Shown one piece after another: positions 25,109 to 32,000 of a stretch of DNA of 32,000 bases; the stretch's first letter is position 1, and each line of letters opens with the position of its first letter. Source of the stretch: Sinorhizobium meliloti (GTDB lineage: Bacteria > Pseudomonadota > Alphaproteobacteria > Rhizobiales > Rhizobiaceae); NCBI RefSeq assembly GCF_017876815.1, contig NZ_JAGIOS010000003.1:90001-122000 (forward strand), given 5' to 3'. The position numbers and the translations under genes were made by a program. Under the pieces are notes generated by a model. The model saw nothing but the letters and a program-made list of their open reading frames with translations. It did not search any database and had not been told where the DNA came from.

Positions 25109-25585
25109 ATGAAACTCGACCGGATCGACATCAAGATTCTGTACGAACTGCAGAAGAATGGCCGCATCACCAATGTCGAACTCGCTGAGCTGGTCAATCT
25201 CTCGCCGAGCCCCTGCCTGATGCGCGTGAAAAAGCTGCAGTCGGAGGGCTATATCGACGGCTATTCCGCGCAGATCAACGTCGGCAAGCTCGGACAGACC
25301 CTAACGGTCTTCACCGAGATCACTTTGAAGAACCACCGACAGATCGACTTCGCCCGCTTCCTTGCGGCAATCGAGAAGGTCGACCAGGTGATCGAATGCC
25401 ATCTGGTGTCCGGCGGCTATGACTATCTCTTGAAGTTCGTCACGGCCGGCATCAACGAATACCAGACGATCATGGAGCGCCTCACCGACATGGACGTGGG
25501 CATCGACAAATATTTCAGCTTCGTTGTGCTGAAGTCGCCGATCGTCAAGGCGCACATGCCGCTGACCAGCCTGTTTCGGGTCTGA
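25109..25585 (+). CDS. Lrp/AsnC family transcriptional regulator
   Basis: MKLDRIDIKILYELQKNGRITNVELAELVNLSPSPCLMRVKKLQSEGYI is a textbook AsnC HTH. The C-terminal RAM domain includes ECHLVSGGYDYLLKF. Confidence 0.9.
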   Translation: MKLDRIDIKILYELQKNGRITNVELAELVNLSPSPCLMRVKKLQSEGYIDGYSAQINVGKLGQTLTVFTEITLKNHRQIDFARFLAAIEKVDQVIECHLVSGGYDYLLKFVTAGINEYQTIMERLTDMDVGIDKYFSFVVLKSPIVKAHMPLTSLFRV

Positions 25586-25613
25586 TTCGTCTGAAATCTG
25601 CAATCCCGCCCCC

Positions 25614-25658
25614 GGGTGACACCCTCTGCCCGGCAGGGCAGAAGAGTGTATCACACCC
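25614..25658. terminator. Imperfect GC-rich hairpin between convergent genes (candidate bidirectional terminator)
   Basis: Core stem TCTGCCC (25625-25631), loop GGCA, then GGGCAGA (25636-25642), flanked by partially complementary GGGTGACACCC and TCACACCC. Lies between the lrp stop (25585) and the ABC ATPase stop (25694). No clear U-tract. Confidence 0.35.
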
Positions 25659-25693
25659 TTTCCCGTTTCCGCGGTGCGATCAGATGGGAGCCT

Positions 25694-27349
25694 CTACCTC
25701 CGGCAATAGGCCCTGACCAATTCCGGATCCTGTTCGAGGCCATCGAGCCAGGAGGGATCGAGCTTCGGCACCGAGGAGAAGAGCAGCTGCGAATAGGGGT
25801 GGTGGGGCGCATTAATCTTGGCCGGAGTGATGTCCTCAACCTTTTTGCCGCCATACATCACGACGATCTCGTCGCAGATCGCCTCCACCAAGGAGAGGTC
25901 GTGGCTGATGAAGATGTAAGAAAGACCGAGCTCGCGCTGCAATTCCTTCAACAGCTCGATGACCGCGGCGGCGACGACCGTGTCGAGCGCCGAGGTAATC
26001 TCGTCGCAAAGGATCAGCTTCGGATCAGCGGCGAGCGCGCGGGCGAAGTTGACGCGCTGTTTCTGGCCGCCGGAAAGCTCGCCCGGCCGGCGATGACGCA
26101 GGTTGCGAGGCAGGCGCACCATGTCGAGCAGCTCGTCAATGCGGAGGCTGCGGGCCCTCGCATTCATCCCATGATAGAAGACGAGCGGCCGGTCGAGGAT
26201 GTCCTCGACCGATTTCGCTGGGTTGAGGGCGGTGTCGGCATATTGAAAGACGATCTGCATTTCGCGCAGCTGGTCGCGCGTGCGCTCGCGGGCGCTGCGA
26301 CCGAGTTCCTTGCCGTCGAAGACGATCTTGCCGACGGCGGCCGGCAATATGCCGGCAATGGCGCGGGCGAGCGTCGACTTGCCGCACCCCGACTCGCCGA
26401 TGATACCGAGGTTGCGACCCTTTTCCACCTTTAGGCTCACATCTTCGACGGCGCGCACGAGCGGCAAGCCGTCGGTCTTGGACGCACCGTATCCCGCGAC
26501 CAGGTTTTCGATCTTGAGCAGGGGAGCCGGTGCGCGTTCGGCTGCGTCGGCAGCCTCCCGTGGCTTTGGTTCAAAGGCCGAGAGCAGTTCGCGCGTATAG
26601 GGGTGCTTGGCGCTCGAAAGAATTTCCTCGGTGGTGCCGACCTCCTGTACTTCGCCGCCCTTCAAGACGACGATATGGTCGGCGATCTGAGCGACGACCG
26701 CGAGGTCATGCGAGACGTAGACGCCGGCGATGCCGCCCTTCTTCATCACGGACTTGAAGGCGCGTAGCACCTCGATCTGGGTCGTTACGTCTAGCGCCGT
26801 CGTTGGCTCGTCGAAGATGACGAGCTTCGGGTCGCTGATGAGGGCCATGGCGGCCGAAAGACGCTGCAGTTGTCCGCCGGAAACCTGGTGCGGATAACGG
26901 CTGCCGATCGTCTCGGGCTCGGGTAGCGACAACGCCCGGAAAAGTTCGACGGCGCGGGCACGCGCCTCGGCGGCAGCCATAAGTCCGTGAATACGGGTGA
27001 CCTCGATCACCTGGTCCATGATCGTGGCGGCCGGGTTGAATGCGGCTGCAGCTGATTGCGGAACATACGTGACCTCGGTGCCGCGCACCTTGGCTCGCTG
27101 CTTTTCCGTCAACGTCACCAAGTCATTGCCGGCGACCAAGACGCTGCCGCCGGAGATGCGGCAGCCCGGGCGGGCATATCCCATCAGCGTCAGCGCTATC
27201 GTCGTCTTTCCCGAGCCGCTTTCGCCGATAAGAGCGACGATCTCGCCCTCGGCGACATCGAGGCTGACGCCCTTGATGATCTCTACACGGCGGCCGGTAT
27301 CGGTGGTGGCTTCGACCTTCAAGTCACGGATTTCTACGAGGTTGCCCAT
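25694..27349 (-). CDS. ABC transporter ATP-binding protein with two fused ATPase domains (DppD-DppF type)
   Basis: Start at ATG 27349 (MGNLVEIRDLKV), sharing one nucleotide with the upstream permease stop (TAATG). Two complete motif sets: GESGSGKT / VSGGQLQR / LVIFDEPTTALD and GESGCGKST / LSGGQKQR / LILCDEITSALD. Confidence 0.9.
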   Translation of the reverse strand: MGNLVEIRDLKVEATTDTGRRVEIIKGVSLDVAEGEIVALIGESGSGKTTIALTLMGYARPGCRISGGSVLVAGNDLVTLTEKQRAKVRGTEVTYVPQSAAAAFNPAATIMDQVIEVTRIHGLMAAAEARARAVELFRALSLPEPETIGSRYPHQVSGGQLQRLSAAMALISDPKLVIFDEPTTALDVTTQIEVLRAFKSVMKKGGIAGVYVSHDLAVVAQIADHIVVLKGGEVQEVGTTEEILSSAKHPYTRELLSAFEPKPREAADAAERAPAPLLKIENLVAGYGASKTDGLPLVRAVEDVSLKVEKGRNLGIIGESGCGKSTLARAIAGILPAAVGKIVFDGKELGRSARERTRDQLREMQIVFQYADTALNPAKSVEDILDRPLVFYHGMNARARSLRIDELLDMVRLPRNLRHRRPGELSGGQKQRVNFARALAADPKLILCDEITSALDTVVAAAVIELLKELQRELGLSYIFISHDLSLVEAICDEIVVMYGGKKVEDITPAKINAPHHPYSQLLFSSVPKLDPSWLDGLEQDPELVRAYCRR

Positions 27350-28212
27350 TATTCGCTCCGATCGCGGATCTTCTGCGGCAGGTTGTCGATCAGGAGGTTC
27401 ACGCTGATCGTGAGGCTTGCGATGGCAAACGACGGGAAGATTACCGCCGGTGCGCCGAAGGGAAGGCCGCCGATGTTTTCGCGCACCAATGCCCCCCAAT
27501 CGGCATAGGGCGGCTGGACGCCGAGGCCGAGGAAGGAGAGGCCCGAGAGCAGCAGAACGATGAAGACGAAGCGGATGCCAAGGTCGGCAAGTACCGGGCC
27601 GATGATGTTCGGCAGGATCTCCGAACGGATGAGATAAAGCGTGCTCTCGCCGCGGATACGAGCCACGGTAATGAAATCCATCGCATTGATGTTGACAGCG
27701 AGCGCGCGGGCGAAGCGGTAGGCGCCCGGGATGTATATCACCGACAGCGTCAGGATCAGCACGGGAATGGAGGAGCCGACGGCGGCGACCACCACGAGAC
27801 CGAAGAGCTTGCTCGGGATCGAATTGAGGGCGTCGAGAAGGCGGCTGAGCAAAGTGTCGAGCCAGCCGCCGGCGACCGCTGCAATCATGCCGAGGACCAC
27901 GCCGCTGAAGCAGGCGATGGTGACTGCCGCAAGCGAGATGCCGACCGTGTAGCGGGCTCCCATCAGGATGCGTGAGAGCATGTCGCGGCCGAGGTAGTCG
28001 GATCCAAGCCAAAAGTCGCGGCTCATGGGGCCGAAGTAGTCGAGATCGACGATCTCCCCGACCGGATAGGGGATGATTAGCGGCGCGAAGATCGCGACGA
28101 GCGCCCAGCAAAGGATGATGGAAAGACCGACCATCCCGACAATATTGAAGCGATAGCCGAGCCGGGTTCCGGAAATCCGGGCAGACTTGGTCTCAGAGTG
28201 GGTCATTGTCAT
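27349..28212 (-). CDS. ABC transporter permease (DppC/OppC-like)
   Basis: 287 aa, about 6 TM helices, binding-protein-dependent transport signature region (..ARIRGESTLYLIRSEILPNIIGP..). ATGA overlap with the upstream permease. Confidence 0.9.
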   Translation of the reverse strand: MTMTHSETKSARISGTRLGYRFNIVGMVGLSIILCWALVAIFAPLIIPYPVGEIVDLDYFGPMSRDFWLGSDYLGRDMLSRILMGARYTVGISLAAVTIACFSGVVLGMIAAVAGGWLDTLLSRLLDALNSIPSKLFGLVVVAAVGSSIPVLILTLSVIYIPGAYRFARALAVNINAMDFITVARIRGESTLYLIRSEILPNIIGPVLADLGIRFVFIVLLLSGLSFLGLGVQPPYADWGALVRENIGGLPFGAPAVIFPSFAIASLTISVNLLIDNLPQKIRDRSE

Positions 28213-29159
28213 CGTAGCCTCGGATTGGAAAGGATGGCGATGATGTCGGCTGTCGTGATCAGGAGCAGGTAGCCGAGGCAGAAGACCATCGCGCAGCTCT
28301 GGATCAGCGGCAGATCGCGGGTGGAGACGGCATCGACCATCAGCTTGGCAATACCGGGATAATTGAAGATCGTTTCTACGATGATGACGCCGCCGAGCAG
28401 ATACGAGAGCGAAAGTGCAACCGCATTGACAATCGGCCCCAGCGCGTTTGGCAGCGCATGGCGAAACACCATGCGCGACCGGGAGGCACCCTTGAGCAGC
28501 GCCATCTCCACGTAGGGCGTGTTGAGGGTCTCGATCACTGCTGCCCGGGTCATGCGGATCATTTGGGCCGAGATGACGAAGGTGAGCGTGATGACCGGCA
28601 TTGCATAGACACGCAGGAGATCGGTCATCGACGTCACCTCATTGGCAAAGGAGAGTGCCGGCAGCCATTTCAGATAGACGGCGAAGACCAGCACGGCGGA
28701 AGTCGCTATCATGAATTCCGGCACGGAGATGACCCCGATGGTGAGCACCGTCACGATCCGGTCGTAAGGCGAACCGCGCAGCATCGCCGACGTAATCCCG
28801 AGGGTGAGTGCGATCGGCACAGAGAAGAGGGCGGTAACGCCGGCGAGCTGCAGTGTGTTGACGAAGCGCCCGCCAATCAGATCTTTGACCGGCATCTCGT
28901 TGGCATAGGATGTGCCGAGGTCGCCTTGCAGCAGACCGACGATCCAGCGCAGGAAACGGAAGATCGCCGGCTCGTCGAGGTGCATCGCCTTGCGCAGGCC
29001 TTCGACGGCCTCCGGCGTGGCGGCCTGGCCGAGCAGGATCGACGCGGTGTCCCCCGGCAGGAGCGTCGTCGCGAAGAAGACGGCGAAGGAGACGATCACC
29101 AAGGTGATCACGGCGATGAGCAATCTGCTCAGCACGAGGGATAGGACCCGGTTGTTCAC
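28209..29159 (-). CDS. ABC transporter permease (DppB/OppB-like)
   Basis: 316 aa. N-terminal LLPGDTASILLG, typical of DppB/OppB. EAA-like loop ..ALLKGASRSRMVFRHALPNALGP.. Confidence 0.9.
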   Translation of the reverse strand: MNNRVLSLVLSRLLIAVITLVIVSFAVFFATTLLPGDTASILLGQAATPEAVEGLRKAMHLDEPAIFRFLRWIVGLLQGDLGTSYANEMPVKDLIGGRFVNTLQLAGVTALFSVPIALTLGITSAMLRGSPYDRIVTVLTIGVISVPEFMIATSAVLVFAVYLKWLPALSFANEVTSMTDLLRVYAMPVITLTFVISAQMIRMTRAAVIETLNTPYVEMALLKGASRSRMVFRHALPNALGPIVNAVALSLSYLLGGVIIVETIFNYPGIAKLMVDAVSTRDLPLIQSCAMVFCLGYLLLITTADIIAILSNPRLR

Positions 29160-29205
29160 GGCGCTCCCTTTCGGCTTTTCAAGACAGGTTTCGAATCAAA
29201 GTGCC

Positions 29206-29235
29206 GGGGGCGCAGCGATGCGGTTGCAGCCCCCC
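29206..29235 (-). terminator. GC hairpin between the SBP and first permease gene (possible intra-operon attenuator)
   Basis: GGGGGC ... GCCCCC arms with additional GCA/TGC pairing, in the 91-nt gap after the SBP stop. This position is typical of stem-loops that raise the SBP:permease transcript ratio. Confidence 0.3.
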
Positions 29236-29250
29236 AGCCCAGTTGCTCAG

Positions 29251-30861
29251 TCAGGCCTCGAGCCAGACATATTCCGCAAAAGCATAACCCATCTGCCCGC
29301 CAAGCGGATTGGCTTCCAGGCCCTTAAGCTTGGCGGTGATCGCGTCGACATTGGAGATATAGGCCGGAATGATGGTGCCGGCTTCACTAGCGACCATCAC
29401 CTGCATCTCATTATAGATCGCCTTGCGCCTCTCCTGGTCGAGCGAGCCACGCGCCTCTATCAGCATCTTATCGAACTTCTCCGACTTGTATTGGCTCTCG
29501 TTCCACGGAGCCTCCGAGGAGTAGAGCAGAGAGAACAGGATATCCGGCGTGGGGCGCGGGTTGATGTTGCCGAAGTGGACCGGCGCCTTCAGCCAGTAAT
29601 TATCCCAGTAACCGTCTGCGGGAACGCGCTGGACATCGAGCTTCAATCCGATTTCGGCAGCGGAGGCCTGGATGATCATCGCCATATCGACCGCGGAGTT
29701 CGCTGCATCGGAGGCAACCACCGGGATCGACTGGCCTAGCATGCCGGCCTTCTCGAAGTGGAACTTCGCCTTCTCGGGGTCGAAGGCGCGCGGCTTCAGG
29801 TCGGGATTGTGATAGAAGTTGGCCGGGGATACCGGCTGGTCGTTGCCGACCTCACCTAGACCCCGAAGCGCCGACTTAACGATCTGCTCGCGGTTGACGA
29901 GATACTTCATGCCTTCGACGAAGTCGCGCTTGCTGCCGGGTTCCATGTCCAGCCGCATGTTGAGGTTGGTGTAGTTGCCGGAGGTCGTCTTCGAGAGGAC
30001 GAAGCCGGCGCCCTGACTCTCGACCAGGCGCATGGAGCGCGGATTGATCGTGGCGGCGAGGTGGATGTCGCCGGACAAGAGCGCATTCACCCGGGAACTG
30101 TCGTCGCTGATCGCGAAGTACTCGAAAGAGTCCACGTTCGGTCCGGACTTCCAGTAGTTCTTGTTCTTGATGCCGACGGAGCGCACGCCAGGCTCGAAGA
30201 CTTCTCTCACGAAAGCGCCGGTGCCGTTCCCTTTTGAGAAGTCGGTGGTGCCGTCGGCGACGATCATGAAGTGGTGCATCGAGAGGATCGTCGGCAGGTC
30301 GGCATTAGGGCTCGCAAGCGTGATTTCGACCGTCTGCTTGTCCACCGCCTTGAAGCCCGTCATCTGCGCGGCGATCTTGGCGACCTTTGAACCGACAGAC
30401 GGGTCGAGGTGGCGCTTCAGCGAGAAGATCACGTCGTCGGCTGTTAGCGGCTTGCCATCATGGAAGGTGACGCCCTTCCTCAGCTTGACGGTCCAGGTCT
30501 TCGCATCCTTGGTTTCGATGGCTTCGGCCAGCTCCATCTGCGGCGTGCCGCCTTTATCGAGGAAGGCGAGGCGGTTATAGAAGGAGCAGCAGCGGACATA
30601 GTCGGTGGAGAGCGATGCCTTGGCCGGATCGAGCGTGTCGGCGGTGGAAGCCGACCACCCGGCCGCTCTGAGCGTACCGCCGGAGACCGGCGTTGCAGCA
30701 ACCGCATTCCCGGCTCGGCCGAGCACCAGGCTGCCGGCGGAGAGGGCGGCACCGCCGGCCAGCATCATCTGCAGGAGCTCGCGGCGTGTCGCTCCGCGAC
30801 GAATGGCCGTTTCGACCATAGCGTCGTCGGATCTGGTCCAGTTGGTGATCTTGTCGTTCAT
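29251..30861 (-). CDS. ABC transporter substrate-binding protein, family 5 (peptide/nickel/opine type), Tat signal
   Basis: 536 aa. Twin-arginine leader ATRRELLQMMLAGGAALSAGS. SBP_bac_5-like body with LRKGVTFHDGKPLTADDVIFS. Confidence 0.9.
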   Translation of the reverse strand: MNDKITNWTRSDDAMVETAIRRGATRRELLQMMLAGGAALSAGSLVLGRAGNAVAATPVSGGTLRAAGWSASTADTLDPAKASLSTDYVRCCSFYNRLAFLDKGGTPQMELAEAIETKDAKTWTVKLRKGVTFHDGKPLTADDVIFSLKRHLDPSVGSKVAKIAAQMTGFKAVDKQTVEITLASPNADLPTILSMHHFMIVADGTTDFSKGNGTGAFVREVFEPGVRSVGIKNKNYWKSGPNVDSFEYFAISDDSSRVNALLSGDIHLAATINPRSMRLVESQGAGFVLSKTTSGNYTNLNMRLDMEPGSKRDFVEGMKYLVNREQIVKSALRGLGEVGNDQPVSPANFYHNPDLKPRAFDPEKAKFHFEKAGMLGQSIPVVASDAANSAVDMAMIIQASAAEIGLKLDVQRVPADGYWDNYWLKAPVHFGNINPRPTPDILFSLLYSSEAPWNESQYKSEKFDKMLIEARGSLDQERRKAIYNEMQVMVASEAGTIIPAYISNVDAITAKLKGLEANPLGGQMGYAFAEYVWLEA

Positions 30862-30929
30862 GTCATTCCCCTTTTCGTTTGTGGCGGCTGCCCGTCTTAC
30901 GCGGGTTCGGACCCGATACGGTGAACTGG

Positions 30930-31613
30930 TCAGCCGCGTGCGACGACCACGGCATCGGCAAGAGCGGCCATGGAGGTGAAATGGTAATCGGGTGCGGTGA
31001 ATTCGGCGGGCTCAATAGTGCCGCCATAGCCCTTCTGTGCGTGGCGACGCTCGATCCAACAGTTGGCCAACCCGAGCTTCCGGGAAATGCCGATATCGTG
31101 ATATTGGCTCTGGGCGACATGCAGAATGTCGTCCTTTGAATTTCCTTCCGAGCCGACGAAATCGAAGACCTTCTCGAAGAAGACGGGGTCCGGTTTTTCA
31201 GTCCCGGTATCGTCGGCCGTAAATGCCGCGTAAAAAGGGTTGCCCAGCTGCTGGGCGAAGAGATCGAAGGCCCAGCGACGGGCATTGGTCATCGCCACGA
31301 GCCGGCAACTTTTGGCAAGCCGTGCCAGCGCCTCGGCGCTGTCGGCAAAACCTTTCCAGTTCTTCGTGGAGTCCCTGAAACGTTCTCCATATTTCGGTTC
31401 GGCTGGCAGGCCAAGCTTTGGCGCGATTTCAAGGTAGACCCGTACGAGGTCGTCTGGGAAGAGGTCGGCGTCCTTGGAATAGCGCGCTGCGCGGTAAAGG
31501 CTGAGCGCTTCCTCGCCATCGATCGCGACACCTGCCTCGGCGGCAATGCCGGCGAGACAGTCCTTGAGGCCACCTTCGAAGTCGATCAGGGTGCCGACGA
31601 CGTCGAAAGTCAT
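30930..31613 (-). CDS. HAD-superfamily hydrolase (haloacid dehalogenase type II-like)
   Basis: Start at ATG 31613, preceded by AGGAG at 9 nt. Nucleophile motif MTFDVVGTLIDFE. Also VAMTNA, GTEKPDPVFF and HVAQSQYHDIGISRKLG. Confidence 0.8.
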   Translation of the reverse strand: MTFDVVGTLIDFEGGLKDCLAGIAAEAGVAIDGEEALSLYRAARYSKDADLFPDDLVRVYLEIAPKLGLPAEPKYGERFRDSTKNWKGFADSAEALARLAKSCRLVAMTNARRWAFDLFAQQLGNPFYAAFTADDTGTEKPDPVFFEKVFDFVGSEGNSKDDILHVAQSQYHDIGISRKLGLANCWIERRHAQKGYGGTIEPAEFTAPDYHFTSMAALADAVVVARG

Positions 31614-31886
31614 GTATTTGAACTCCTGAAGGCTCTTGCGCACGTCGATACCCCAGTTTTTCGGGCGCTCCCTCGGGAGCACGGCTTCGTGAAGAAGGTT
31701 ATACTGTTCCCGGCGGCGGGTGATTTTCCCGCTCTTGGTAAAAGGGCTCGAATTTGCTCGGATCCGGTCCTTTTCCTCGACTCCAGTTTGGCACTTGTGC
31801 TGCACGGAAGTGGCCGAAAAGACATTCTGAAGCGGCACAAAATTCCGAATATGACGTTTTCGCGATATATCGCGCCCCGTCATGCG

Positions 31887-32000
31887 TCAGGTCTTCAGAG
31901 CCCGGCGAACGTCCGGGTCCTCCAGGGTCTCATCCAGTGATTGGCGGGTGCGCTCGATAATCGCGTCGATTTCCGTTTCGCTGCAGCAGAGAGGCGGCGC
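31887..32000 (-). CDS. 3' end of a class-III (omega) aminotransferase-like gene, partial at the window edge
   Basis: The minus-strand frame ending at TGA (31889-31887) reads APPLCCSETEIDAIIERTRQSLDETLEDPDVRRALKT. The PPL..(S/T)E.EID pattern is the usual C-terminus of this family. Only 37 codons are visible. Confidence 0.5.
   Translation of the reverse strand, partial: APPLCCSETEIDAIIERTRQSLDETLEDPDVRRALKT

Noticed and set aside
27350-28111. N-terminal 254 residues of the 805-aa ORF 25694..28111
   Set aside because: This stretch overlaps the DppC-like permease gene out of frame and translates to Arg/Pro/His-rich low complexity. The ABC ATPase clearly begins at ATG 27349 (MGNLVEIRDLKV), coupled to the permease stop.

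Overview
GC-rich alphaproteobacterial DNA, Rhizobiales-like and probably from a plasmid or other accessory replicon, carrying about 30 genes. No rRNA, tRNA, CRISPR array, transposase or integrase was seen. (1) Left edge: an RND efflux permease and a TetR regulator with a decayed 3' end. (2) About 4.0-20.9 kb is what I read as a self-contained respiratory island. It holds soxY-soxZ-cytochrome c-fccB on the + strand. On the - strand it holds a secreted cupredoxin-like protein, a Tat-exported metallophosphoesterase and a monohaem cytochrome c. Then come sco1, an extra hemA (5-aminolevulinate synthase) and an orphan groEL on the + strand. Last is a non-canonical cbb3-type oxidase operon: ccoN, a fused ccoO-ccoP, four tiny membrane ORFs (two below the ORF-track cutoff), a DsbD_2/TauE-like membrane protein and the Cu-ATPase ccoI. 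Two gene relics link the oppositely oriented halves of the island: a ccoI 3' end at about 6.5-6.8 kb and a cytochrome c 3' end at about 13.9-14.0 kb. (3) 20.9-23.3 kb is a visibly AT-richer decay zone with a CMD-like relic, a twice-frameshifted threonine-dehydratase-family gene and an ornithine-cyclodeaminase-family gene with an in-frame TAA. (4) Right part: an Lrp/AsnC regulator divergent from an FAD oxidoreductase, a peptide/opine-type ABC importer (SBP, two permeases, fused double ATPase), a HAD hydrolase and the 3' end of a class-III aminotransferase. All functional calls rest on motifs read by eye from the translations. No database search was run.
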